A stretch of 64,000 bases of DNA from Haliotis rubra (Eukaryota). Below, piece by piece: positions 48,601 to 61,486 of this stretch; position 1 is the first letter of the stretch, and the number at the start of each line of letters is the position of its first letter. The notes under the pieces were generated by a model. It ran no database searches. It was not told the DNA's origin and saw only the letters and a list, made by a program, of their open reading frames with translations. Position numbers and translations under genes: made by a program. The DNA lies in the NCBI RefSeq assembly GCF_003918875.1, contig NW_025767293.1, positions 186,001 to 250,000 of the forward strand, written 5' to 3'.

Positions 48601-50400
48601 GGTGTAGGGGCGTATTTTAACATGATATAGCTGGCATTATCTTGACCTGGGCCAGTACCTTTTTTTTGGTTGATAACGTTGTAAGGTTCCAATTCAATAA
48701 AAGGTATATTGTAAATTAGATGCGTTTGGGGGTTTTGTAGATTGTAGGCTGCTGCTTTTTGAGATTTGTTTTGAAAATGTTGACAGTCATTTGCAGTTCT
48801 ACTAGTTCTTGTTGTTTGTTTCTATTGTTGTTTATAACTGGAATGTATTGTTTTCTATTTTTATCCCTCATTGAGTTTATTTTTTTCCAGACTTTTCTGG
48901 AATTTGTTTTGAAGCTTAGGTTGCTGCAGAAATTGTGCCAGTCCTGGTCTCTGGCCTTTTGTATTATTTGTTTTACATTTTGTCTAGCTGCCTGTGCCAG
49001 AGGAATTTTATTTTTATCTTTGCGTGCTTGTGGGAGATCTAAGTGCCACATCCGTAATGAATTCAACCAAAGTATTGAAATTGGGTTGGTTGTAAGAGCT
49101 GTGACCTGTTGTTTGGTACAGGTCATTGGACTGATTGATTTGGTGTATTTTGAGTAGTTTAGTCGTCTTGCAGCATTCGATTTGTTTGTGCTTTTCACTT
49201 TCTTTTGTGGGTTTATTTTGTTTTTCTTTGTAAGTGCTCAAAGCTGATGTTTGAAATGTTACTGGTTGAGGTTTTCCTTTATTTTGTGATTTCTCATGCT
49301 GTACCAGAGGTTTTTTCAAACTCAGAGAGAAGTGTTTGATGTTTTGTTTATCCCTGGAATCATTTATAGAAAGATCCATTTTGAGTAGTACCTTGTTACT
49401 GTTTGGAGTTGAGGTGTTTGGTTTTTCCCGATTTAGATCAATAGACTGATTGTATCTATCTTGTGTGTGGGTTTTATGATAGTTGTTGTTTGCCTGTTTA
49501 GTGTATTTGGTTTTCTTGGTTACATGTCTGTTGAGTTCAGCTGTGAGCTGTTGTTTATATCGACACTTATGGGAAAGTGAGCTATGGCCTGATATCCGGC
49601 AATGGATGCAGGAAAGACAAGCTTTACGTTTATCGAATGTATGGTTATTTCTGCTGCATTTAGTGCAATGTTGGTTTTCTGTACAATCTTTTTGAATATG
49701 GTCATATTGGAGACACTTTGTACATTGTGTATTTTTTTAAGGTGAGGTTCTACCTTGCGATCAATGATGCTAGCAATGGTATATTTGTTGTCAGGCTAGT
49801 GCCTTGGAAGGCAAGAACTACATAGTTGGTTGGTTTTTCTTTTGACATGATTCTGTTGGCAGAAAGAGTTTAGGTTTGTGTTCTGTTGTTGTTGGCTGTT
49901 TGGACGAGAGAATCTAGTTGTTGTTGTGTTATTGTTGGGTCTAGTTGTATAACCCCTTTTATTTGTTGACTCAAGTGAGGTGTTACATTTTTATCTGGAA
50001 TGTTTCTGATTTTGTTTATTGCTTTGTAGTTTGGTGCAAAAGCTTTTTGTGTGAACTCGATGAGATATCCATGACCACAGTTTTAAGTTTAGCAGGTGGT
50101 ACTCAATTCTGGCTAAGAGCCACACCCAAATTGGTCTACTATTAAGGTTTGAGATAGGCTTATATCCTTCAGTGTACTCGTAATGAGTACTTGTGTGTGG
50201 CTTACTGGTTTGTTGGGGTTTAGAATGTCCTTAGTGATATTGACAGAACTGTCAGATGATACTGATGTATCTGTAAGGGTATGATTATTGATTTTGTTTT
50301 CTTTTGTTGCTTGGTCTTGTTACTTGGGTGAAGTGAAACTCCTGTTGAGGTTCTGGTTTAGTTTTAACATTACTGAAGTCCAGAAGTCTTGATCTTGGTC
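45641..50400 (-). mobile_element. Decayed I/Nimb-clade LINE (ORF1 zinc knuckles, RT, RNase H)
   Basis: ORF1 CTKCLQYDHIQKDC plus two further Cys/His knuckles near 49550-49730. RT motifs YRPISLTSNICKTME, AVFLDFPKAFD, GSIISPTLFNVMVDD, FPDD, KFLG. RNase H motifs IYTDGSK, TDSLS, WVSSHIGAHGNEMAEQAAK. Many stops. 5' boundary approximate. Confidence 0.9.
47275..48144 (-). mobile_element. Non-autonomous Tc1-like element nested in the LINE RT
   Basis: TIRs ...gccaaaagaaacgttaccc, TA TSD; HTH remnant PRLTAEERKRAI...DRPRRGRPRITT. Confidence 0.92.
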
Positions 50401-50805
50401 TGGAAAATTGAGTTGTGCTTGGCTTTTATAGGTTTGGATATCTACATAGATGAAAGTATCTACTATATAGAATATAAAGTTTTTATAACTGTCACAGCAT
50501 TCTCAAAGTATTGCTTTGTCATTGTATAAACGTTGTGGTAGGTTGTCTCCATTTCAAAACATGACAGGAAACGTATGAAACATGACCCTATGTGTGGTTT
50601 TATTCTGAAGGCGTCACTTCCTTTGTATTCCGCTGTATCAATCCACAGACTCAACACATGGCAGACAAAGCTTTTATAGTATCCTTCACAGCGTATCTGA
50701 ATATTTTCTTAATAGCTTAAATGAACTTGATATTTTGCGTTTAATGCAGATGTTAATTTCATCCTTTTATTTATTTTGAATGTCGCTTTGATTGAGATTA
50801 TACTG

Positions 50806-50959
50806 GCTGGCTGGCTGAGTATGGTTTTACGCCGTTTTTAGCAATATTCCAGCAATATCACGGCGGGGGACACCAGAAATGGGCTTCACAAGTTGTACCC
50901 ATGTGGGGCCTTCGGCGTGACGAGCGAACGCTTTAACCACTAGGCTACCCCACTGCCCC
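50806..50959 (-). mobile_element. SINE family A copy
   Basis: TSD tgagattatactg. Confidence 0.9.
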
Positions 50960-52719
50960 TGAGATTATACTGATTTAACTCATGTTATTTTGGTTTACAT
51001 TTTGTAACACTGTCAATATTTTCTCACCGTAAGTTTGCTGATGCGGAAACAACTCTTAATCCATAATGAATTCAAGTCAATTGTCATAGTGATCCTGTTT
51101 CTTCAGTGATATTTGCCCATGAGAATGTGAATGAGTGTTGTTGCATGCCGACTATATGTATATTTATGCAGTGTCATCAGTGGAGGACATCCGAAATGGA
51201 CTTCACACATTGTATCTACGTTCTAGGGAATGAAACCCGGGCCTTCGGTGTGATGAGGAAACGTTTACCTACTGGGTTACGCAATGAACGAGGGAGTCAA
51301 AAGCTTAATTATATTGTCTACACAATCACCATACATCCTCACGTCTGTTAAAGAATTTTTTAGTTATTAACGTCTTCAGCTGGGTTAGGAATACGTTGAG
51401 CCAGTGGTCACATTTAGGTGTTAACATGTTTACCATATTCAGCTTTTTCAACATGAGTGTTGTGAAGGTGGTAGTGTCAGTAAGGCCTTGTTGAAAAATG
51501 CGACGGTAGTCGGCAAAAATTAAATATCCAGCCTACGAAAATGACATGGTGAAATACACAGGGATGATTCTATTTTTTAAAGTTTAGAAACTCAATATTT
51601 GTAAATATTTCCGAATTTGTTCTTGACATGAAAACACAATCATGAAAACATGGATGGTTCGTCCCATGTAGTTTCCGCCCATCGTCCTTCATGCAGATGA
51701 GCCTCACCGTGAAGCTAGGGCGGACGATAGCATGCACATTTACTTCCTCATTGCTCACTCGTTTTAGGACTCACATGTTTGCGTGGTTTACAGATTAAAA
51801 TTAAAAAGCTCGAAAATCCAGAAGAAAATATAACAATGATCCTGGCTTTATTTTCAGGAGAAAAACTTCTATTTTTGGTTTTATGCCATTTGTATCAACT
51901 GATTGCAAGCATTGTACAATTCCACTGAGTATGTATGTTGACCAGTCCATTCCGTGTGTTAGGACGCCCAAGCAGTCAGAATGCTTATATATAGTTCACA
52001 GAGCCAAACAGTAACCGTATATGGTCAAAAGAAATTCAGTTTCAAGAACGTAACTTACAAAAGCCTTGACCCAACCCTATATGATACTGACAACCAACAT
52101 AACGCTGGAGCCTCGCTGGTAGAAGTAATCAACATAAGTAAATAATCAATTGATCGAAATGCATGACAATCGCTTGACATGTTTATGCAAACTACATTTC
52201 TGTCAATCTTCTGCCCCTCCTGTGTCCGTTTCCGGAAACGGTTTCCATTTTCGGTTTTCAAACCTCGCCAGTTTATCTTTCAGGTGATATTCTAGTCCTC
52301 GTAAATAGACACATGGGAGATATTTGATAAAGGGAAGTTGAAACGTGTCGCTTGAAGTGCTAGGCGTTGATGCTGTTCTAATGTTACACCGGAAACCGTG
52401 ATGTCATTTTAACCAATGAAACAACGTATGTCATATGCTCACAACCCAATGCTACTGCGCTTGACAACACCATTGCCTGTTTCATATATTAGCCACAAAA
52501 AGTAGCGGGTCGTGAAAAATATATAGTCGCCACATAGGAAATAATGGGAAATAAAATATATATTAGAACTATATATGTACACAAATACAGATGTAAATAC
52601 TGTAAATAGTGAACTGAACACATATGCTTTTCGTTTCGTGACGTCGGTTGTTTCGACATGGACCTGTGAATCGCGTTTGTGTATATACCTCTCGATACAG
52701 TGAGTGTAGCACTTGAGAG

Positions 52720-52966
52720 AGTGAGCGAGTGAGGTTAGTTTTACGCCGCACACAGCAATATTCCAGCTATATGGCGACGGTGTGTCAATAATCGAGTCTG
52801 GACCAGACAATCCAATGATCAACAGCATGAGCATCGATCTACGCAATTTGGTTACTATGACATGTGTCAACCAAGTCAACGAGCCTGACCACCCGTCCCC
52901 GTTAGTCGCCTCTTACGACAAGCAAGGGTTACTGGTGATCAATATTCTAACCCGTATCTTCACGGT
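52720..52966 (-). mobile_element. SINE family B copy
   Basis: Aligns to the other B copies. Confidence 0.88.
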
Positions 52967-53534
52967 TGTACTTGAATGACAAAACCGCTGTCGATTTGAG
53001 AAGCTTAATAGCTTGACGTTTGATCGCTCAAAAAATATATGAGACAGCAATGAAGTTGCCGATCGCGGATGTGTAGGACGTCCACGTGTTACAACGCAGG
53101 TCAGGACAGACTTATAGGTGACAAGTTCCAGACTGCTCAGACCATTCCAGGACGTCAGCGTATCCACACCAACACAGACAGGAACTGATCACGTCATTAC
53201 GGGTTACGACCGCCGTCCCACAATACGACCTAACCTGACACAACGTCACCTAGAAAACTGTCAAAGGATGGTGCCAAATTCATGTCCTCCAACCTCGGTC
53301 CAGATTTATTGACGGATTTGGCCGTTGCTAAAGACGTCTTGCAATTGGGGGAGTCTAAAGTTTATACCTGTCATAGAGAGGAATTGCTATGGAGATGGTT
53401 CCATGGTGATCTCGCGTTCGTCAAATGCACGTCAGAGAACCCAATTTGTTCAGAGCAAAGTGACATGCGTGGGCTGCAGAGATATTTTCGGATCATTGGC
53501 AATTCCTTTTTCCGACTTTATGGCCCAGGATTAA

Positions 53535-56076
53535 AGAACCACTAAACTTTGTTTTTTGTTACTCTTTTAACCATTACATATGAAAGATTTGTGGTTAGTC
53601 TTATGCGGAACACCAAATTTATTCTTTAAAAACTTGTGGTTAATTAATACCGAGCGATTAAAAGTGGCCAAAAAGTCGCCTGCTTCACTCTCGCCCGCCA
53701 ACGAAACCACAGACAGGTTACGTAACTCTGTCGCCAGAGCACTGCAGTGACGTCATATGAGGAACGATTTTCAGTTAGTTGTATAGAAAATGTGTAGCAC
53801 GCTCATCATTTTGATGATTTCTCGACATCAACGACGACATGCCGAATCGTTGCTTTGTCGTCAATTGCTCCTAGGGGTCGGGCGATGGTGTCCCCATGCA
53901 CAGATTTCCACAGGAACCCGCAGTTCGTGCTAAATGGGTTATGTTTGTGAGTGCGAAGCGAGCGTTGTGGAAGCCTGAAACGATATCTTACTTGTGTTCA
54001 GACCGCTTCACGGAAGTTAAAGAATCAAAACTACTTACTAATTCTAGTAAAATATGCATATGATTGATGACCATAAAGATTTTCTATGACACAACTTGTA
54101 ACCTAACGATTTCTTCCTCGGAAGTGAGTTTGTGGTCGAAGTAACAAATTAATAATATTGTAAGTAGTATTATATTGACACCCACCTCGCTGCCACGAGA
54201 GAAATTGTTATGTTATACGCTATGTCATGCAAAATCCTATTGGCCATCAATAAAATACATATTTCACTACCAGTAGAAAGTAGTTTTGATTTTGTAACCC
54301 GGTGAAAACAAACCTAAATACCATTTATCCTCAGACTGGCGGATGTTCCCGACAGGGCGCCGCCATTTTTAAAAATAAAAAAATCTGTTAGAATTAATGA
54401 GATTATAGTTTGTTTTCATCAAGTTAGAAAATCAAGACTACTTTCTACTCGTAGTTAAATATGTATTTGAATCATAACCAAACGGATTTTGCATGACACA
54501 ACTTATAACATAACGATTTCTTCCACGGAAGCGAGGTGGGGGTCGAAGTCACAATACTGCGCGACAAATTCCTTCTACATTCCCATGGTTAATGACCATC
54601 ACCAGTATGTAGATACTAGTCAATGTGCGTCTGTATATTTGGTCTTATAATCCTAATTAGTTTATTATCATACTTGTATGCATTTTGAAACGAAATAAAA
54701 AGCAGACGATCTGCTGATACTTATAGTGAATTTATAACAGAACTGTAATATCTAGACATTTTATAGTTTGCCAATGTGAATCATAATTCGCACACACACC
54801 CTAGTGCATGTTGTCTGTCTCATTACACTTCACGGCGAAAACAATGATTCTGTTGAATGCTACGACAAATGAATAAAAACAAAATGCAAATATTAAAATT
54901 AAAACAGATTAAAGTTATGGGAACAATATCAGGCCATTACCTTGTTCGAGGAATGTATCCATCAATATCCACAAAACTGTTCCAAATGATGTGTCTTTTA
55001 ACAGTTTAATATACGAAAAAGTGATAAATCTTTTCAGGTATTGGTGTCTCATTGGTCACCCAATATAGCACACCTGGCAACTAATTGCATAATGTCCGCC
55101 TTTCTTTAAAAACAGTAATTTAGTTAGCCAATAATGGGCAATCAATCAATGTATTGCCGGTTAATCCTTTGAAAGAAGGACGTTGTTTTTACGCAGACAC
55201 CGACACGACAGAGTGTATTCAGTATAGATTAGTAAATCTACATACATAAACACTACCTTTTGACAACTCCGCTGTGTAAGATAAAAGTAATTAATCAATC
55301 AGCGTGTTATCGGTTAATCCTTTGATCGATGTTTATAATGTTGAATATTTACTCCAGACACAAGAAATGCCAAATGGGAACCTTTGTCGGGTAATCTAAG
55401 TGGTGTTACCACTAATTATACCTGTTATAAATTCATCAACTGACCATCAAGTGAATGATGACAAATAACATGTGTAGGTTTATACCACCTAACACGGGTT
55501 ACAACAAGGGAGTATTAATTGCTGTATTGCATCTGAAAACTTATGGGCCGACACTGTTTTGAGAATACAAACAGATTTTTACATGACATGATTAAATGTC
55601 GAGGTAAAAAAACACAGAAATGGGATCAATTTGGATCAGTCATTATACAAATAGGGCCTAACGACACCAATCGATTTTGACAGAATCGTCTATGAAAACA
55701 AGTTGTAACTCGGAAACTAGGCAAAGCAGGAGACAAAAGTAAATGACAGTAGATTGTGAGAACATATAGCTTTAATTTTCCACAACAATTGTCACGATTT
55801 CAGGTTTATACAGGCCTGTAAACAAGATAATTTAACCCCTAAAATGTAGATGAATTCTGCATCGGCCCTCAAAGCTATTCCTCATATGACGTCACAGAGG
55901 CGCGCCGCTCTGATTGGTTGAAATTTCGTTCGCGGGTGAGAATTGTGCACTGTTGTCAAAAAGGTCGATTTAAGTCAATTAAAGGTCGAAATGAGTAGTT
56001 TTAATGACGGGGTTTCATTTATAACGATGCCAGTTAGTGATTTATGTATTTGTACCCCCTTGGGTTTATGTGACCT
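53535..56076 (+). mobile_element. TTAA-flanked Kolobok-like DNA transposon with a decayed THAP domain
   Basis: TTAA at 53531-53534 and 56077-56080; ends ag...taaac; perfect 18-bp subterminal inverted repeat gtgacgtcatatgaggaa (53747-53764 / 55878-55895). Confidence 0.8.
53839..54016 (+). pseudogene. Degenerate THAP zinc-finger coding segment
   Basis: MPNRCFVVNCS*GSGDGVPMHRFPQEPAVRAKWVMFV...YLCSDRFTE: THAP CxxxxC/FP/W/CSxHF pattern with an in-frame stop and an H-to-R change. Confidence 0.8.
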
Positions 56077-56225
56077 TTAACATTCCAGCAGCACAGTGCC
56101 CATCCTCACACAGCTAGGGTTACTGTGCCTTGAATTGACATTTGATAGGATATCTCCCATAGAGCATATGTGGGATGAAATGGAGACGAGTACAAAATAT
56201 GACAGATAATGTTTATGATACACCT

Positions 56226-56440
56226 ACAGAATACCAGATACCTACCAGCCATATTGTTTAGTGTCACGTCACCCTAACCCTAACCCTAACCCTAAACCAT
56301 ACCCTAACCCTAAACCTAACCCTAACCAACAGAATACCAGATACTTACCAGCCATATTGTTAAGTGTCACGTCACCCTAACCCTAACCCTAAACCTAAAC
56401 CTAAACCTTACCCTAAACCTAAAGCTAAACCCAAACCGTA
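56226..56440. repeat. Interstitial (CCCTAA)n-like tracts in a two-copy ~105-bp unit
   Basis: acagaataccagatac.taccagccatattgtt.agtgtcacgtcac followed by cctaac repeats, present twice. Confidence 0.9.
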
Positions 56441-56960
56441 AACTCGCGTGCTTTCAAAGATTACGTTATTCTTGAATCTTACCAATTTGAGGGCAGAATT
56501 GCAGAGGATATTACAAGTCATTTCACGAGCCTTTTTTTCTTACAGACCAGGCGATGTACTACTGTTCTCGCTCAACGCCAAAAATGTTTTCGACAGTAAA
56601 GGGGAATAGAAATTTATTAATATACTGAACTTTAGTACGGGTTGACGCCTTAGTTTTACTGTACACAGCCAGTGTCCAAAATATTTTTTACTGTAGAGAA
56701 AATAATTGTAGAATGACGAAAAAGCAAGACTTAGGTGTTTTTTGAAAATGTTGGAACATGTTTTATACACAGAGCAATAACACCTGTCTGAATCATTATG
56801 ACGCTGAGAATGCGTGCATTTAGTTGATTCACACACGGAAGCAATATTATTTACTTTCGTGTAAGATAGTCCCCCTGAAGAAAATACTACTAAAGTACTC
56901 CCAAGTGTGGTAGAGATAGTAATGAACAAAACTTACATTTAAATAATTACAGATTATAAT

Positions 56961-57200
56961 TGGTTGGTTTGTGATTTAACGCCTCACTCAGCAATATTCC
57001 ACCTGTATGGCTGCGGTCTGTAAATAATCGAGTCTGGACCAGACAATTCAGTGATTAGCATCATGAACATCGATCAACGCAATTGGGATACAATGACATG
57101 TGTCAAAATGTCAGCGAGCCTGACCACCCGATCCCGTTAGTCGCCTCTTACGACAACCATGGGTTACTGAAGACCATTTCTAACCCGGATCTTTACGGGT
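56961..57200 (-). mobile_element. SINE family B copy
   Basis: Aligns to the other B copies. Confidence 0.88.
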
Positions 57201-57776
57201 CCAGACTATTTATGACATGGATGATTGTGTCTGATGGGCCGTTGGACGTGCATTCATCAACTGATTTACCGATTTACCTGTCTTCCGATGTGTCTGACAA
57301 AATGCGTCCTTGATAAATGTTTAAATTATTATTCACAGTAGGAATAGTAGTATGGTATAGTAGGAATGATATATTGGACTCTTATTTTGGAAGATATTTC
57401 GTTTACTTTGTATTGAGTGTTTCAAGATTCGCAAACAATAGTCGATGATCCAACCTAATGATTGATAGCATGAAAGACGACACAAACCACCAGGTTACGA
57501 CACCCGCATCTTCACTGGTAGAGATGACTTTTTGTAACATCATACTCAAATGCTATTTCAGAAGTGACTGTTTTAATTGTCTTGTCTGTGCGGATTCTTA
57601 CAAATTGCAACATTTTAGATTCTTTCGATTTTTTTAACAGATTGAGAGTGAAAGACACTAATTAAATGAGATGTAACGTCCCTGTACATTATAGCAGCTA
57701 ATTGTTTCGATATTGACATATTTCCATACAGTTATACGTGATAGATATTAACTTACAACTTACATTAGAATAGAGG

Positions 57777-57934
57777 GAGTGGGTCAGTATGGTTTTACGC
57801 CGCTTTTAGCAATATTCCAGCAATATCACGGCGGGGACAGGGGACAGAAATTGGCACTACACAATGTACCCATGTGGGTAATCGAATCCAAGTCTTCGAG
57901 CGAACGCTTTAAAAGTAGGCTACCTCACCGCCCC
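57777..57934 (-). mobile_element. SINE family A copy
   Basis: Aligns to the other A copies. Confidence 0.85.
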
Positions 57935-57937
57935 TTA

Positions 57938-58198
57938 NNNNNNNNNNNNNNNNNNNNNNNNNNNNNNNNNNNNNNNNNNNNNNNNNNNNNNNNNNNNNNN
58001 NNNNNNNNNNNNNNNNNNNNNNNNNNNNNNNNNNNNNNNNNNNNNNNNNNNNNNNNNNNNNNNNNNNNNNNNNNNNNNNNNNNNNNNNNNNNNNNNNNNN
58101 NNNNNNNNNNNNNNNNNNNNNNNNNNNNNNNNNNNNNNNNNNNNNNNNNNNNNNNNNNNNNNNNNNNNNNNNNNNNNNNNNNNNNNNNNNNNNNNNNN
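57938..58198. other. Assembly gap (N run)
   Basis: Seen directly. Confidence 1.
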
Positions 58199-58738
58199 CA
58201 TGCATACTTATCTTAACTTCATGTAAAATACTTTAATTTCATTGGTCAATGACGGTTTAACAAGTTTCCGTGTCACCCTCCCAGTGGCAACTGGGAAAAG
58301 TATTACCCGCTGCCAGGGTAACCGCCAAGCTCTCCGCCGAGAAGCTGAAGCTCAAACAATCGTATGACGTCATAATATGACGCATGCCGTGCCCGGAGTT
58401 TGAAAACCGTTTGATCAGCTGTTATTGTGTTCACTTTGTACAGATTTTTTTTTACTGACTTTGACTGCTTTATTTAAACTATTTCATACAGTGAATGGTT
58501 TGCACACTCGCTTTAACATAATTAACAATTTTTATAGCAGTTATATGCTTGTCAGAATATGTTTCACTGTTGTTAAAAATCCAGTTGAGAGACAGACGCC
58601 ATCTTGTTTGCATGTCATGTAGTCGGTAGCGATCTTTAACATAAAATAAAATGATATCTTGTACATTTGACATGGCGGTAAGATAAATACGTTGTATGCT
58701 TCTCTCTCGGGTAATACCCTCGAGAGAAGCATACAACT

Positions 58739-58780
<42 letters not shown>

Positions 58781-58830
58781 TACATACATGTACATACATA
58801 CTTACATACATGATACACACATACATACAT
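58739..58830. repeat. (CA)n/(CATA)n microsatellite
   Basis: Seen directly. Confidence 0.95.
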
Positions 58831-59147
58831 TTGTTTTATTCAAGTGGTGCTCGGTCAAAGAAATAGCCGCATTAAGAATGAAGATTCCATTCAAATATTT
58901 ACTCAAAATGTTTCTGTGTAAAACATTGTTTAGCAATATGTTACGATTAAGGAAGAAATTTGTATCTTTCCTAAAAACAGTGGTATTAGTACGCTGTGTA
59001 AGAGTGTAGTGAGCACGGCGCCTCGTCAAAAGCCTTATTTTAGAACAAGGAAGATGTTACATAGAAACCCTATATCCGTTACTGTATGAGTCTTTAAGAG
59101 GGGCTCATCCCAATGACCACTGCCACATGTAGCGAGGACATCAGGCC

Positions 59148-59214
59148 ATGGAGGTGTGGACCATCTGTGTACTTATTTCTGGGATAGCAATTACTGGATT
59201 ACCTGACGTTCAAT
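59148..59214 (+). CDS. Candidate first coding exon (signal peptide) of a further secreted/membrane protein gene
   Basis: gccATGg context; MEVWTICVLISGIAITGLPDVQ then T|gtgagt, phase 1; no second exon identified in the window. Confidence 0.6.
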
Positions 59215-60000
59215 GTGAGTACAACAGTTGAAGGGTTTTACAGAAATTTGGTCTTAAGAACTTGTCTGAAGTACCCCATGTTTGTCGTAAGAGGCGACTA
59301 ACGAGTGGTCAGGCTCGTTGAATTTGTAGGTGCTTGTCGTATCCCAGGGATGAACACTTCCCGATGTACTGAAAATTAATGATTAACAAGACAACATTGT
59401 ATATGAAACGCCATTGTGAGAAAAAAGAATAACAAGAGGAGCGCAGAAGTGAAACTATCCCGATTGTCTGTTATAAGGGAGGTAACTGCTACTAGCTTAT
59501 CTAAACTAACGGGCAAAAGGAACGATACCAAGTCGAAATCACCGATATTACAAAACGACAAACCACCATTATGAAAAAGGAAAGTGAATTTTAATATCAG
59601 GTGTATGGTCACATGCATGGTATCTTTTCTTTTGCCCGTTGGAGTATTTGTAGTACACAGATTAAAACGTTTTAACATCATGAACAACGACTGATCAGCT
59701 GCCTCAGCGTCTAGTGGTGACCGCACATGTATACATCCGGGTGCCTAACACTTTGCGGATGAGTCTGTTTGACTTTGTGATTGAGATCATTATTTCTTAC
59801 TATTTGTGTTTTTGTCATGTTTGCGACTTTATTGCAACTGTATCGTAACTGTGTGTGTTTCCTGATGACGCGGATGGCCTAGTCGCGGTTTACTGTGCAG
59901 TATTGCTTCCCTTAGAGCTACCTTAGAGCATGTGTTCGAATCCCATTTCGCCCTGATTGTGTTTATGACCATCATTCCCGTATCAGTGGGTCTGTGGAGA

Positions 60001-60244
60001 CCCGTGAAGGTCCGCATTAGAATTGATCTTCAGTAACCCATGCTTGTCATAAGAGGCGACTAACGGGATCGGGTGGTCAGGCTCGCTGACTTGGTTGACA
60101 CATGTAATTGGTTCCCAATTTCGTAGATCGATGCTCATGCTGTTGATCACTGGATTGTCTGGTCTAGACTCGATTATTGACAAACCGCCGCCATATAGCT
60201 GGAGTATTGCTGAGTGCGGCGTAAAACTAAACTCACTCACTCAC
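60001..60244 (+). mobile_element. SINE family B, full length
   Basis: Aligns to the other B copies. Confidence 0.9.
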
Positions 60245-60484
60245 TAGAGGGTTTGCGGTATGTCCGAGACCTGTATAACCTTGGGCGCCCTCTTTCGTCA
60301 AACTGGCCCCCCGTAACTGTAATACTCACCCACCCACCCATCACTCACTCAGCCACCCACCACTCAAACCACCCACTCACTCAATCGCATAACGGTCGAT
60401 TTGCACCACTTGATCTGCATATTTAAAACAACAGCCGGCCTAGGAATGCATCTGTAATGTGTCCTCGTGTGTTGTGTACATGTA

Positions 60485-60978
60485 CAGACCCGTGCCAGTT
60501 ATATTAAGACACTTGACGTACTTCCATAGACTTACATGTTAATTTAGTGTGGCATAAATAATTTTCATGAATATAATTTTTGTAAGATCCAAGTCAAATT
60601 TGGCACATTTATGAGGAATCATCTTACCTACAATCACATAATTTCTGTTTAATTTTCCGTTCCTTATTTATCGAATGGCAACAATTTAATCAACATGGGA
60701 CGTACAGTGCCGTGAACTCCTTCAATATGGCGGCCTATGGAGTTGTGCATCGTGGAACCATACGAAAGTTGATAAATGTGATGTCATTAGTTATATAGTG
60801 GTCGGAAAACTGAACTTAAATTATGTGCGCAGAGCAGAGATGATTTCAAATTTGCCTATCACATTTTACAACGATCCATCCTAAGCTCACTTCATGAAAA
60901 TTATTTATGCTACACTGAAATAACATGTAAGTCTATGGAAATTACGTCAGGTGTCCGAATATATTTGGCACGGGTCTG
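60485..60978. mobile_element. Tc1/mariner-type MITE
   Basis: About 85-bp imperfect TIRs starting cagacccgtgcca; TA TSD. Confidence 0.88.
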
Positions 60979-61024
60979 TAGATCTGATGAAGTTCTTGAG
61001 AGGCATTTTGGAAGTGGTATTCAA

Positions 61025-61195
61025 GTAAAGGGCAAATATTATGGATGACAACTTCTTCTTTATTGTATGTCACAACGTTTCTGGGCTATTCCTTGTCCGT
61101 TCGTCAGGTGAATTGTCGAAGGGGCAAGGAATAGCCCAGACACGTTGTGACATACAAACAAGGAGAAGTTGTCATCCATAATATTTGCCTTTTAC
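61025..61195. repeat. About 170-bp foldback palindrome
   Basis: ggcaaatattatggatgacaacttct...ctgggctattccttg pairs with caaggaatagcccag...agaagttgtcatccataatatttgcc. Confidence 0.92.
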
Positions 61196-61486
61196 ATGCA
61201 GGTCTGTGTTAAGACCAACGTTCCTGATTCCTGTATTTCGCACTTATGTCCCATAGTTTGGTGCCACAGTATCATCGGAGGCATATGTGAGAGAGGTTAC
61301 TTTAATGCTACTAACGACGCCTGAATATAAGGTTCACATTGGTAAGCAAGCATACTTCAAAACAAATAACATCAATATTTTAAACCTAAACAATCAGTTA
61401 TCCGTATCGTACATCTGCCGAAGATATTTCTCAGGGCGGAAAAAGGCATAACTACTGAGGACTAGAATGCCACAAATCAGTGATTA

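Larger units (their letters stand above)
53000..56225 (+). mobile_element. Decayed Tc1-like transposase split by a 2.5-kb insertion
   Basis: GRPRVTT and ERNCYGDGSM lie left of 53531; TFQQHSAHPHTARVT and SPIEHMWDEM lie right of 56077. Confidence 0.8.

Noticed and set aside
57150-57195. Antisense SINE-B head as a hammerhead (gggtta ctgaaga...ttc taaccc)
   Set aside because: CUGANGA is present but helix II, GAAA and helix III are missing.
57779-58216. ORFs containing long X runs
   Set aside because: Artefacts of the N gap.
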